Of a DNA stretch of 64,000 bases, positions 1 through 11,369 are shown piece after piece. Within the stretch, counting starts at the first letter, position 1; every line of letters starts with the position of its first letter. Origin of the DNA: an uncultured Chloroflexia bacterium (GTDB taxonomy: Bacteria; Chloroflexota; Anaerolineae; B4-G1; SLSP01); the NCBI GenBank assembly GCA_963751345.1, contig CAVVUS010000011.1, positions 32,001 through 96,000 on the forward strand. Reading direction: 5' to 3'. Both the position numbers and the translations under genes were made by a program. Under the pieces are notes generated by a model. It did not search any database and was not told the DNA's origin. It saw only the letters and a program-made list of their open reading frames with translations.

Positions 1-531
1 GAGATCGGTCCTTTCCGTCCCACTCGCGAAGGGCTGTACGTGGGGCTGGCGATTGCGTTCCGGATTCTCTCCATCGTGGCATCGTCGATGATGATTGCCC
101 GGACGACGGATCCGCACGATATTTTCCTGACGATGACGTCACTGGGGATGCCGTACAAACTGGCATACGCGGTTTTCATCGCCCTTCGCTATATTCCTCT
201 GATGGAATATGAAGCGGGGAATATCCAATCCGCGCAGTTTGTCCGGGGTATTGTGCAAAAGGAAGGCGGCGGGCTACGGAGCAGAATCAACCAGATCAGC
301 AAATTCCTGATTCCCTTTATCGCCATCGGGATCCGGCGCGCAGACCAGTCTGCGTTGGCCATGGAGGTCAGGGCTTTTGGCCTCCACACTACCAGGACGA
401 ACCTACGCAAGCTGAACTTTTCCCGTAAGGGCTGGATATTTGTGGCGGCTTGGGCAGTGGCGTTTGTCGCCTATAATTTGATTATGGAAGCGAACGTTTT
501 CTCTGTGGTCTTCTTTGAGCCCCCGCATTGA
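1..531 (+). CDS. ecfT: ECF transporter transmembrane component T (5' partial)
   Basis: Frame open from base 1; ALRYIP, AQFVRG and ALAMEVRAF X-R-X motifs typical of EcfT/CbiQ. Confidence 0.9.
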   Translation, partial: EIGPFRPTREGLYVGLAIAFRILSIVASSMMIARTTDPHDIFLTMTSLGMPYKLAYAVFIALRYIPLMEYEAGNIQSAQFVRGIVQKEGGGLRSRINQISKFLIPFIAIGIRRADQSALAMEVRAFGLHTTRTNLRKLNFSRKGWIFVAAWAVAFVAYNLIMEANVFSVVFFEPPH

Positions 532-547
532 GAGAGGATAGGTGAAT

Positions 548-2299
548 ATGGAACCCGAACTGAGCCGTAAAGACCTTGTCGCCGTTGCGCGCGGGGATGG
601 CGTAGCAGACATCGTGATTCGAAACGTACAGATGGTCAATGTACTCACGGCAGAGATCATGCCGGCGGACATCGGGATTGTGGGCACTCGTATCTCGTAT
701 GTCCTGCCCCCGGGTGAGGGTGGGGATGCCAGAGTGACGATCGATGGGACTGGGCTTTATGCGACGCCGGGTTTCATCGATGGTCACGTGCATAACGAAT
801 CGTCAATGGTGACGCCCGCGAATTGGGCGAAGGTCCTGGTGCCGAACGGCACGACCACGGTGTTTACGGACCCGCACGAAATCACCAACGTCCTGGGGAT
901 GAAGGGTACGAAATACATGCTGGAGGCCAGTCAGGGATTGCCCTTGCGGTATTATGTGACTGCTCCCAGCTGTGTGCCTGCCGTTCCCTCCATTGAAACT
1001 GCTGGTGCCGAAATCACCTGGAAAGAGATGGAGGAGCTCCTGAGCTGGGACCGTGTGGTCGCCGTGGCGGAAGCTATGGATTTCATGGGATTGATCACCC
1101 AGAGCGGGAACATCACACCGATTGTGGAGGTGGCGCATCGCCAGCAGATCGGCATCGAGGGCCACGCTCCTGCCGTGATGGGCAAGCTCCTGCAGGCTTA
1201 TGCTGCGGCAACCGGACCCGTGGGTTCGGACCACGAAGCGAGAATGACACAAGAGATGCTGGAAAAGGTCCGCTCCGGCATCGTCATCTACGCCCGGTGC
1301 AGCACCTTCGAGGATGATTCCAAGGACATTGCGGATGCCATCAAATCGGTGAAGGACACGCGTATGTTCGGCTTCTGTACGGATGACATTATGCCCCACC
1401 ACCTCGGCAGGGGGCACCTGAACTACGGTATCCGGCGTATGATCCAGGAAGGCATTGATCCCGTGACTGCCATCCAGATGGCTACCATCAACAATGCCCA
1501 GCATTACCGGTTGTATGGGTTGGGGGCGATTGCCGCAGGATGGACAGCGGATATTGTGCTGCTGGACAGCCTGGAGGACGTGAGTGTCCGCCATGTGATT
1601 GTCGATGGTGAGGTTGTGGTTGAGGATGGTGTGTTAGTGGTGGATATTCAGGAACCGGTCGAACCGCTGACGTCCAACAGCGTCCGTATCTTGGAGGGAA
1701 TAACGGCGGACGATTTCCGCCGTATGGGGTCCGGTTCAGGTCAAGTTCGCTTCAACGCCATGAATATGTCTGGTCTCTTCACATCACTAGTGCAGGTGAC
1801 GGCAGAGATAGAAGACGGTCTCCTCACCATGCCTTTACCGGAGGGGGTCGCCATTGCTGCCATTGTCCCCCGTCACGGTCAGGGCAGACCGCCCTCCGTT
1901 TGCTTGACCAGCCAGTATGCCCTGCAGAGAGGGGCTATCGCCTCCACTGTCTCGCATGATAGCCACAACTTGGCTATCTTGGGGAAGAACCCGCAGGACA
2001 TGCTGGTGGCCATGGAAGAAATCAAGAAGGTGGGCGGCGGGTTGACGGCAGTCTTGGATGGAGAGGTGCTGGCGACGGCCCCCCTGCCCATTGCCGGACT
2101 GATGACCCCACTGGCAGTAGAAGAGATTGGCGCACTGATGGACAAGTTCGAGGCCAGTCTGCCTAAATTGGGACTGCCGCAGGCCTTCCCGATTGACCTG
2201 CTGGCGTTGGCGTTGCCCGTGATTCCGCAGGTGCGGTTGACGGACTACGGCCTGGTGGACATCGTCACGCAGCAAGTGCTGCCGGTCGTCGTGGAGTAA
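548..2299 (+). CDS. ade: Adenine deaminase (amidohydrolase family)
   Basis: PGFIDGHVHNESSM, DPHEI, FCTDD and STVSHDSHN motifs; ~584 aa intact. Confidence 0.92.
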   Translation: MEPELSRKDLVAVARGDGVADIVIRNVQMVNVLTAEIMPADIGIVGTRISYVLPPGEGGDARVTIDGTGLYATPGFIDGHVHNESSMVTPANWAKVLVPNGTTTVFTDPHEITNVLGMKGTKYMLEASQGLPLRYYVTAPSCVPAVPSIETAGAEITWKEMEELLSWDRVVAVAEAMDFMGLITQSGNITPIVEVAHRQQIGIEGHAPAVMGKLLQAYAAATGPVGSDHEARMTQEMLEKVRSGIVIYARCSTFEDDSKDIADAIKSVKDTRMFGFCTDDIMPHHLGRGHLNYGIRRMIQEGIDPVTAIQMATINNAQHYRLYGLGAIAAGWTADIVLLDSLEDVSVRHVIVDGEVVVEDGVLVVDIQEPVEPLTSNSVRILEGITADDFRRMGSGSGQVRFNAMNMSGLFTSLVQVTAEIEDGLLTMPLPEGVAIAAIVPRHGQGRPPSVCLTSQYALQRGAIASTVSHDSHNLAILGKNPQDMLVAMEEIKKVGGGLTAVLDGEVLATAPLPIAGLMTPLAVEEIGALMDKFEASLPKLGLPQAFPIDLLALALPVIPQVRLTDYGLVDIVTQQVLPVVVE

Positions 2300-2351
2300 A
2301 CCGGTATTGGCATGCTCAGTGCGGTTATCCAATAGGGCTATAGCATGATTG

Positions 2352-2377
2352 GAGGGGCGCAGCATGCTGCGCCCCTC
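2352..2377. repeat. Perfect 26-bp palindrome, REP-like or terminator
   Basis: GAGGGGCGCAGCATGCTGCGCCCCTC downstream of ade. Confidence 0.7.
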
Positions 2378-2536
2378 TTCTCGTAATACGTTCTCTAGTA
2401 TCTGAAGCTCGGTAGAATCGCCTTAGAATTTCGTGACCGCGCGATGCACAGATTACGGATTGCGCTTCACATAGCAAGTTTCTCGAACCGAAATGAACTC
2501 CCCACCCAAACTCGTAAATTAGCAGGAGGATCAAAG

Positions 2537-3554
2537 ATGGAATACCGATCATTGGGAAGAACCGGTGTCTTGGTCTCACCGATATGCCTGGGAACGATGA
2601 ATTTCGGCGATCGAACGGATGAGGAGACGTCCATTGCCATTGATTAACAAAGCTATCGATGCGGGAATCAACTTCATAGATACAGCGGATGCCTATGGCC
2701 GTGGTGAAAGTGAGCGTATCGTCGGTCAAGCACTCGCTGAGAATGGCAAACGGGATCAAATTGTCCTGGCGACGAAAGTCCATGGGCGGATGGGGGACGG
2801 CGTGAACGAGCAAGGGATCTCCCGATACCATATTATGAAAGCGTGTGAAGACTCTCTGCGTCGTTTGCAGACCGATCACATTGACCTGTACCAACTCCAT
2901 CGCCCAGATCTCGATATTCCTCAAGACGAATCATTGAGAGCCATGGATGATCTAGTGCGTTCGGGTAAGGTAAGGTATATCGGCTCCTCCAATCATGCCG
3001 CATGGATGGTCATGGAATCCATTGCTGTCAGTGAGCGATTGGCCATCTCACGACTCATCAGCACGCAGCCACCCTATAACCTGTTGGATCGGCGTATTGA
3101 GAATGAGTTAGTGCCGGTAGCGCTGAAATATGGCCTTGCGGTTTTGCCATGGTCCCCCATCGCCGGGGGTCTCCTATCCGGCAAGTACACCCTGGATATG
3201 GCCGATGGCACAGCTTTTCCGCCTGACACCCGTGCCGGATCAGGATGGAAACCCATCCTAAGGCGGATCAATAGCAGAGCCCTTGAAGTCGCGACAGCTG
3301 TGAAAGAGATGGCTGAGGAGCGCGGTCTGAACACCGCACAACTTGCGACACTTTGGTGCAAAGACCAACCCGGCATTACCGCACCGATTATCGGGCCACG
3401 AACCATGCACCATCTGGATGATGCCCTCGCCATCATTGACATGCATCTCGATGAAGCTGACCGGCCCTTATTTGATGCTCTGGTGCATCCCGGCAACGCC
3501 GTTGCTGATTTCCACAATGCTAACCCTTGGATGAAAGCCCGCCTTCAGGTGTGA
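2537..3554 (+). CDS. Aldo/keto reductase (one frameshift near 2640)
   Basis: MEYRSLGRTGVLVSPICLGTMNFG after a GGAGGA RBS continues in ORF 2619..3554 (GINFIDTAD, IDLYQLH). Confidence 0.9.
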
Positions 3555-3659
3555 CTAGGAGCCGGTAACTTCGGCACTTCCATCGGGAACAGGGGGAGTA
3601 CCGGTGGGATAAAGTGCCCCCTAGATGATGCCCATTCGATAGCTATGGAGGTTATCTGA

Positions 3660-5450
3660 GTGAAAACGTCACAGCATCCGGACATGACCTGGTGGAGAGA
3701 CGCCCGGTTCGGTATGTTCATCCACTGGGGGCTCTACGCCATCCCCGCAGGGGAGTGGCACGGCGAGCGGATCCCGAGCGCCGCAGAGTGGATAATGAAC
3801 CGGGCCAGAATACCCGTACGTGAGTATGAGAAGCTGGCAGAGCAGTTCAACCCGGTCGATTTCGATGCCGATGCGATTGTGCAGCTCGCTAAGGACGCCG
3901 GGATGAAGTATCTGGTGATCACCTCCAAGCATCACGACGGATTCGCGCTCTTCAGGTCCAAGGCATCATCCTACAACGTCGTGGACGCTACACCGTTCAA
4001 ACGCGATATCATCGGCGAGATGGCCGCGGCGTGCGATCGAAAGGGTATACGCTTCGGCGTCTACTACTCCCAGGCCCAGGATTGGCACCATCCCGACGCC
4101 GCGGGCAACACTTGGGACTGGCCGGATGAGAGCAACAAGGACTTCCGCCGGTTCCTGGACGAATTGGTCTTCCCTCAGGTCGATGAACTGCTCAGCAACT
4201 ACGGGCACCTGTCGGTGCTCTGGTTTGATACGCCGGTCAAGATCACAGAGGGCCAGTCACAAGAGCTACTCGCTTTCGTGCGCGAAAAGCAGCCCGAGTG
4301 CATCGTCAACAGCCGGCTTGGTCCGGGCGGCGGCAGCGAGTGGGGCGACTTCGTGTCGCTGCGGGACAATGAGGTCCCTACCATGCCATTGACGGAAAAT
4401 GGCGAGACCTGCGCCACGCTCAACGGAACCTGGGGCTACTCCAAGTTTGACGCCGAATGGAAGACACCGGCCCAGGTGGCGAGGCTGATGTCGGATATCG
4501 CCGCAAAGAACGCCAACTATCTGCTCAACATCGGCCCTGACGCGCGCGGACGCGTGCCGGAGCGAAGTGCGCAGATCCTGCGTGAGGTGGGCGCCTGGCT
4601 CCAGACGAATGGGGAAGCCATCTACTGCACCCAGCCGACGCCATTCCCGGCTAACTTCGATTGGGGCGCCGTGACCCATCGTAAGGGTAAGCTCTACTTC
4701 CACATCTTCGATGAGAACGTCCGCGGCCTCAAGGTCGTCGGGCTTCGCAACAAGGTAACCCGAGCCAGCTTTCTGGATGCGCCGGACACGAAGTATCCGG
4801 TCCGGCAGATGCCGGTCACCGCGGACGGGAGCCTGGTGGAGACGACGATCGAGACCGGGCCGATCTCGATCGGGCCGATTGGTGACGCGGCACCGCACCG
4901 CGTGCTCGCGCTCGAGATCGAGGGTGAGGCAGATGTGGCGCCCGGCATCGTGCAGCAACCGGATGGCAGCATCGTGCTCGAAAGCCTGGCTGCGATCGAT
5001 ACAGCCACGGGTGAGTCCATCGCGCCGGCTATCATGGCGCGCGGGGCCGTGGCGCGATCCCTAGAGGAAGGCATGTGCCTGGCCTGGGAGTTCAGGGTCC
5101 TGACGCCCGGCACCTACGAGATCGCTGCCGACTGTGCGACAAGCCGTACTGCAGACCTCGCCGGAAATAAGCTGGTGGATACCGGGCACGAGATCATCAT
5201 CAACGTGAATGGCGAAACGATCCCGGCGGTCATCCACGAGGATGCCCGTCAACCTATCCGCGGTAATGCTCACTGGATGTGCATATCGAGTGGTATCGGC
5301 ACGGTGCGCTTCGATGAACCGGGCCTATATACGCTGACACTGAGTGTCAACAGCGTCGTGACCGGCAAGGGCGGCGGATTCATCCTGCGCAACCTGAGGC
5401 TGAGCCACGCCCCTGCGATCTCTACACGGGGAACAAGGATAAGCGGGTAG
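3660..5450 (+). CDS. Alpha-L-fucosidase, GH29, with C-terminal beta-sandwich domain
   Basis: WWRDARFGMFIHWG, TSKHHDGF, LWFD and LLNIGP motifs. Confidence 0.93.
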   Translation: MKTSQHPDMTWWRDARFGMFIHWGLYAIPAGEWHGERIPSAAEWIMNRARIPVREYEKLAEQFNPVDFDADAIVQLAKDAGMKYLVITSKHHDGFALFRSKASSYNVVDATPFKRDIIGEMAAACDRKGIRFGVYYSQAQDWHHPDAAGNTWDWPDESNKDFRRFLDELVFPQVDELLSNYGHLSVLWFDTPVKITEGQSQELLAFVREKQPECIVNSRLGPGGGSEWGDFVSLRDNEVPTMPLTENGETCATLNGTWGYSKFDAEWKTPAQVARLMSDIAAKNANYLLNIGPDARGRVPERSAQILREVGAWLQTNGEAIYCTQPTPFPANFDWGAVTHRKGKLYFHIFDENVRGLKVVGLRNKVTRASFLDAPDTKYPVRQMPVTADGSLVETTIETGPISIGPIGDAAPHRVLALEIEGEADVAPGIVQQPDGSIVLESLAAIDTATGESIAPAIMARGAVARSLEEGMCLAWEFRVLTPGTYEIAADCATSRTADLAGNKLVDTGHEIIINVNGETIPAVIHEDARQPIRGNAHWMCISSGIGTVRFDEPGLYTLTLSVNSVVTGKGGGFILRNLRLSHAPAISTRGTRISG

Positions 5451-5456
5451 GGTAGT

Positions 5457-7592
5457 GTGATGACCTTGAAAGACCTGATGCCCCTCGACGCGTGGGAGGC
5501 GCTTGCCCCTGGCGTCTGGCGGGTCCGGTTCGGGGAAACCGGCAAAGAGTTGGCCTACACGAGCCTGGCAGCCCGTGAGCCACGGTTCGCCGCGCTCAAT
5601 GAGTTGTCCGCCCCTTCCTTCCCGTTTTCGGATGCACCGATCCTGGCAAGCCGATCTGAGGACCGGCTGATTCAGGTACGCATACCGGTTGATGCCGGGG
5701 AGTCGATCTACGGCTTCGGGCTTCAGTTCGACGGCACCAGGAAGAGCAAGCAGGTTCTCGATCTACACGTAGACCATTGGGCGAGCGGCGGTGGACGCAC
5801 CCACGCACCGGTGCCGTTCTACATCTCCAGCAAGGGCTACGGCGTACTCTTCAACACGGCCCGGTTCCTCAAGGTCTACGTGCAGGTTGGCAATCGTAAG
5901 GACTCACCGAATAACCCGCCTCCGGTTGACCGGGTTCCCCCACCTCAGGAACCGGCGTCACGCCCGTGGACTGCACAACCGGAGAGCGATGCCATTGAGG
6001 CGCATCTTTCAGCGAACGGGCTGGAAATGGTCGTGTTTGCCGGTGAGAGCATGCAGGACGTGGTTGCCCGCTACAATCTCTACTGCGGGGGCGGTGCCCT
6101 GCCTCCCCTATGGGGGCTCGGGTTCTGGCATCGGGTGATGAGTGACTTCACCGACCAGCAGGCCGAGGATGAGGTCGATGCGTTCGCGGAGCACGACATG
6201 CCGCTCGACGTCTTGGGATTGGAACCCGGGTGGATGACACGTTCCTATCCCTGTACGTTCGAGTGGCAGAAGCATCGCTTCCCGGAGCCTGGAGCCTTCG
6301 CTCAACGCATGGCGCACAAGGGCATCCGCCTGAACCTCTGGGAGAATCCGTATATCTCACCCGAAGGCAAGCTCTACGAGCAGCTTTATCCCTATTCCGG
6401 ATCGCATCTCGTCTGGCTCGGGCTTGTTCCGGACTATACCCTGCCTGAGGCGCGGGACATTCTCTGCAGCCAGCACGCAGAGGACCATCTGAGCATTGGG
6501 GTTAGCGGCTACAAGATCGATGAAGTCGACGGCTACGACCAGTGGCTTTGGCCGGAGCATGCCACGTTCCCCTCCGGTACGCCTGCCGAGACCATGCGGC
6601 AGACGTACGGGCTGATGATGCAGACTATGCTCTACAAGCGGCTGTTCCACGCCAACAACACCCGCACCTACTCACTCGTGCGCGCCAGCAACGCCGGTGC
6701 ATCGGCCTTGCCGTTCGTGATCTACAGCGACGCCTACAGCCACGCGCAGTACATCACGGGTATCTCAGCGGCGTCCCTGTGTGGCATCCTGTGGACACCC
6801 GAAGTACGTCAGGCGGCCACAGCCGAGGAGTGGCGGGCCAGAATCCAGACTGTCTGCTTCTCGCCGCTCGCGATGCTAAATGCGTGGGCGTCGGGGAAAA
6901 AGCCGTGGGACTACGAAAGCGTCGTTGACGACGTGCGGGAAGCCATCCGCCTGCGGATGCGGCTGCTCCCGTACCTATATACAGCGTTTGCGAGTTACAA
7001 TCGTTTTGGAATCCCCCCTATGCGCGCCATGGTGTTGGAGCAGGGAAACTCAGATGCGCCGGTCCAGGCCGACTGCGCGGAACTCGACGACGTAACCAAC
7101 CCGTACGGAGAAGCCACCGAGCACAATCCGGACGATCAGTTCATGTTCGGGCCGTCCATCCTGGTCGCCCCCTATTACGAACAGCAGACGCTGAAGCGCA
7201 CCGTCCGGTTACCACGTGGCGACTGGTACGACTTCTATACCGGTGAGTTCGTTGGTAACGGCACCACGATTGAGGTCGCTACCCCTGAACATATACCGCT
7301 GTTCGTGAAAGATGGTGCCGTGATACCGATGCTCACACAACACGTGGACAACACCCGCCAGGCCTTTGGTCACCCGCTCGAAGTACGGCATTACGGCGAG
7401 ATCCCCGGGTCGTTTGAGCTGTACGAGGACGACGGCGTGAGTTTCAATTACGAAGACGGCGCATTTGGCCTGCGCCGGTTCGATTTTGCCGCGGGCAGGG
7501 GCACCGAGACCATCCTCAGACCAGGCCCAAACATGTTCGGCACAGTTGAGCGCTGGGTGCAAATGACTGACAGCCGCGAGGCACCAGAATGA
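5457..7592 (+). CDS. GH31 glycoside hydrolase (alpha-xylosidase/glucosidase-like)
   Basis: THAPVPFYISSKGYG, GYKIDEVD, RMRLLPYLYT, QFMFGPSILVAP and LYEDDG. Confidence 0.9.
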   Translation: MMTLKDLMPLDAWEALAPGVWRVRFGETGKELAYTSLAAREPRFAALNELSAPSFPFSDAPILASRSEDRLIQVRIPVDAGESIYGFGLQFDGTRKSKQVLDLHVDHWASGGGRTHAPVPFYISSKGYGVLFNTARFLKVYVQVGNRKDSPNNPPPVDRVPPPQEPASRPWTAQPESDAIEAHLSANGLEMVVFAGESMQDVVARYNLYCGGGALPPLWGLGFWHRVMSDFTDQQAEDEVDAFAEHDMPLDVLGLEPGWMTRSYPCTFEWQKHRFPEPGAFAQRMAHKGIRLNLWENPYISPEGKLYEQLYPYSGSHLVWLGLVPDYTLPEARDILCSQHAEDHLSIGVSGYKIDEVDGYDQWLWPEHATFPSGTPAETMRQTYGLMMQTMLYKRLFHANNTRTYSLVRASNAGASALPFVIYSDAYSHAQYITGISAASLCGILWTPEVRQAATAEEWRARIQTVCFSPLAMLNAWASGKKPWDYESVVDDVREAIRLRMRLLPYLYTAFASYNRFGIPPMRAMVLEQGNSDAPVQADCAELDDVTNPYGEATEHNPDDQFMFGPSILVAPYYEQQTLKRTVRLPRGDWYDFYTGEFVGNGTTIEVATPEHIPLFVKDGAVIPMLTQHVDNTRQAFGHPLEVRHYGEIPGSFELYEDDGVSFNYEDGAFGLRRFDFAAGRGTETILRPGPNMFGTVERWVQMTDSREAPE

Positions 7593-7654
7593 AGCGCCTT
7601 AACGTGGCCTGAAGTGGGGCGGTCGACCTGGGTGTGGCATGATCACCACTGATA

Positions 7655-8381
7655 TCATCTCAAGCCCAGACGTTCATACTGCTCTTCAGGGCAGTCAGCG
7701 CTCTTCATAGCACGTACCAGCATATCCTGCATGCGTCTCTCTGCGGCAGTGCCGCACAGATCATGCAACTGATGGTAATCTTCGACAATGTTGAAGCACT
7801 TGTTCTCGAATATCTCCTCATGAACGCCGAATTCGGGGATGCCGGGCACCCGTAGCACGGGAATGTCGATATACGGCAGAAAGTGGCCCAGCTCGGCGTC
7901 TTTCATCCTCACAACTTCCATGCGGTGGTGGTATTCGGTGGGCATCAAGAAGTACTGGTACAAGGGGCTGTTGTCTCGGGATGCCGGACCCCGGAAGTAC
8001 ACGTACTCCCCATCAGTCACATTCACCGTCTTGCCGTACCAGCCAAAAAGAGCCGCGCTATGCTGCTGTGGCGTATTGTGCTCAGCGATATCTAGGAATG
8101 ATCTCCCATGAATTGCGTGGTCAGTCCGGGTCCCAAAGAACTCGGTAAGTGTTGGAAACATATCGATGCTCTGAGTCAGTTGGCTGCGCCGTTCTCCCGC
8201 ATGCCTGTTACCTGGCAGATGTACGAACATAGGAATGTGGGAGAGCTCATTCCATGCGTGACAGGCGTTCTTCCCTCTTGTCAGCGAGTCTGGCCATGTT
8301 AGGGGTGGCGACGGCCTTGCAGCCATAGGGACTCAAGAAACGACGGCACAGCGTGTCGTACAGGATCACGATTGCTTTCAT
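7655..8381 (-). pseudogene. Sulfatase with large internal deletion
   Basis: Start MKAIVILYDTLCRRFLSPYGCKAVATPNMARLADK (ATG at 8381, GAAGGGG RBS) joined out of frame at ~8272 to GKN...ELSHIPMFVH...SIDMFPT; catalytic CxPxR region absent. Confidence 0.85.
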
Positions 8382-8406
8382 GCATGTTCCCCTTCAGTAT
8401 CCGGAT

Positions 8407-11065
8407 CTACCCAATCGCATGGACGTAACCGTCTGCTGCAAGCACGAAGACCTTGTCGCGGTAGATGCAGAGCGTGGCTTCCTCGACGCGGTGTCCCAGC
8501 TTGTAGATCCACAGTGGCTTGCCGGTCTCCTCGTCGAGACAGTAGAAGAATGGGGAGTTCCCTGATGCGATGTAGACTCGACCACTCGCAACAGCCGGCG
8601 CCGACAGGCCTCCACCGTCCGGATGCGTCCACAGGATCTCGGCGGTCTCGGGATCGACACAGTAAACCGTGGAGAATAGCGGAACGCCGTGGAGCCCGAT
8701 TCCGCCGCGTGCCGAGAAGAATGCGCGACCGCCGTGAAAGGCAGGTGTAGCATTGAAGTCGGAGAACGTGCCTTTCTCCTCGTCGCTGGTGTTTCCGTCG
8801 TTCAGAATCTCGCCTGTTGCTCCATCCAAAACCTTGAAGATGTTGCGATGGTGGGGGAGGTAGACCTTACCATCGAATGCGATAAGCGTGCCTGAGTCGA
8901 GGGCGACGCCGTTGGCCTTCCATACGACCTCACCCGTGTTTCTGTGGAACGCGTAGATGGATCGGCTCCACGAGCCAAAGTAGACGAGGTCGCCGTCGAT
9001 AGCCGGTTCTGCCGGGATCGACTTCGCGGTTGGGAACATCCACACGATGTGGCCTGTCTCTGCGTCGAGACAGACGGCGTACCCACTCACGGTGGGCACG
9101 TAGACCAGGCCCTCATATACCATTGCCGATCCCCAGACCCAACCGCCCGGAAGCGTCTGTTTCCAGATCAGCGACCCATCCTCCGCATCGATACAGTAGA
9201 AGAACCGTTCTCCGCCTTGCTGACCGGCAAAGATTCTCCCATCAGCACAAGCAGGTCCCACCGAGATCGCGGCTCCCATCTCGAACTTCCAGATCTCCTC
9301 CCCCGTTTCGGCATTCGCAGCATGAAGGAATCCAGACGGGGTGCCGAAGAACAGCTTCCCTCGATAGGCTGTGGGTTTCGATTGATAGTAGGTGCCACCA
9401 GACAGCTGGTCAGTGAAGATACGTTGACCGGTGCTGTCGACGAATGCGTTGAGCGTGCTCTTCTCCCATAGTCTCTGTCCATCGGGCGACAGGCAGGTGA
9501 GCATGAGGTTGCTATCGCTAATCAGCAGACGGTCTTCAGCGTACACGATATCCGCGTAGATCGGATGGGTGCTGACAGCTTTCGACCAGGAGAGCGCGCC
9601 GGCACTGTCGCCGGACGCGTTGATACAATGGAGCTTTCCGTCCACAGTCGCGACGAGTACACTGTCGCCTAGGGCGACGGGTCTTGCCCGGACCCAATCA
9701 GAGGTCTCTGTTTCCCAGGCAACGGCACCTGTTTCAGCGTCCAGCGCGTAGACGCGCTTGTTGGCAGCGCCGACATAGACGTACTCGCCGTGAACGAGTG
9801 GCGTGGAGAAGTGTTTGCGGGCGCGGTGTTCTACCGGATCAACACGCCTTTCCCAAATGAGTGTGCCGGTCTTCTCATCAAGGCAGTAGATTGAACCACT
9901 GTTACAGCCGAAGAAGACCCGCCCATTCGCAAGCTCTACTTGCGTATTCACGGCACCCGATGCCTTGAAGGTCCACGTGACGCGATCGTCAGAGCGCACG
10001 CTGTCGAGCTTCAGAGCATAGAGATAACCTTCCATCGTGCCGACGATTGCTGTGTCCTGTGTTACGACCGGCTCAGCCAGAGCGTCGACGTCCCCGACGT
10101 TGAAATCCCACAGCCATGCATCGTTGTTGAGATCTGCGCAGATGAGGCGGTTGAAGTTCTGGCAGATCGCCGGAGATCCGTAAATCTCGTGTACGCCGAA
10201 CGGATAGACCATGTAGGTGCCGTTCGTCGCGACTGATGCGTACTGAGTCCGGTAGTCCACGTGCCCGGCGTATTTCCGATACAGCACTCTGCCGGTCGCT
10301 TTGTCCAGGTAGACCAGGTTCTTGGCTTGCCCCTGGTCTCCGCCGTGACTGTTGACCTCTCTCAGAACGATTCGGTCATCGAGAACTAGAGGTGTTGAGG
10401 CAATGGCAGGGTACTTGTAGATGCCGAGTAGCGGATGCTCCTGGGTCGACTTCCAGATTTCCTCGCCTGTTTCGAGGTCGAGGCAGAAGCTTGTCGTGTG
10501 CATGCCCGGCGAGGCAACATAGACTCTTCCGTCCTCGATGACCGGCCGTGCATACCAACCGAGGCCGACGGGGAATCTCCATAGGCCTCGTCCATACCGA
10601 GGTCCCGGAGCCTTGGTGTATCCCGTGTGGTGGATGTTGCCCTGAAACATGGGCCACTCTGCCTCTATATCCCCTCCCTCCGGGAAATCTGAAGCGTCGC
10701 CCGTGCTCGGCGTGGCGATGGGCCCCTGCTGGATGAGTCGGGACTGGATGGCTTCCATCACGTGATAGCCCTCGTCGATGAGGGTAGTCAGTTCGTGCAG
10801 CAGCAACGTGCGTTCGGCGTCCGAAGCTTGCGCGACTCGTGCCTCTAGCGGATGGTAGCGTCTGTCCACCCCTGCAAACGGCCGGGTATCCGCCCCCTGC
10901 TGTTGCAGGGCACCCAGCCACATGTAGAGCAGCAGCGCTCGCCGTTGGTAGTTGTCTTCACGTGCCGGCGATGACGTGACGTTCGTGACGCATCGCATCG
11001 ATATCGGCACTTCCGCTCGAGTAGGTTGGCGGTTTCTGGTTGCCGGAATGAGTGGTCGATTTCAC
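8407..11065 (-). CDS. PQQ-binding-like/BamB-type double beta-propeller protein (likely frameshift near the start)
   Basis: Many repeats of type LDAETGxxxW; WPMFQGN; GTG at 11065 with AAGGAGG RBS out of frame with ORF 8407..11010. Confidence 0.85.
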
Positions 11066-11086
11066 GGCGTCCTCCTTCATCAGCAT

Positions 11087-11332
11087 TCACCTGCATGCCA
11101 GGTAGATCATCTTGCGATACTGCGTGTGCGCTGCGCCGTGGAACGATACTTCGCCTTTCCAATCGTAGCACTCAGGATCGTCAAGTACCGCTTTGCACGC
11201 CTCCATCACGTTGACCAACATGGTTGTGCCCACGTCGACAGGACCGTGCCCTGGATACAGGCCGTCGAACTCATCCATACGAGCGGTGATCTTTACGAGC
11301 TCGTTGTAGAGTCCCTCAACCGAAGCGTAGTT
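11087..11332 (-). pseudogene. Internal/C-terminal fragment of an MBL-fold metallo-hydrolase
   Basis: FDGLYPGHGPVD...VMEACKAVL resembles the last metal-ligand motif of MBL hydrolases; N-terminal HxHxDH part absent. Confidence 0.6.
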
Positions 11333-11369
11333 TGGTCTTCCCCCGAAAACGTGGACAGTCAATTGAAAG
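11333..11369 (+). mobile_element. IS3-family-like terminal inverted repeat remnant, copy 1
   Basis: TGGTCTTCCCCCGAAAACGTGGACAGTCAATTGAAAG; 5'-TG...CCC...GTGGAC pattern like IS3 ends; 30/37 identical to 12037..12073. Confidence 0.65.
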
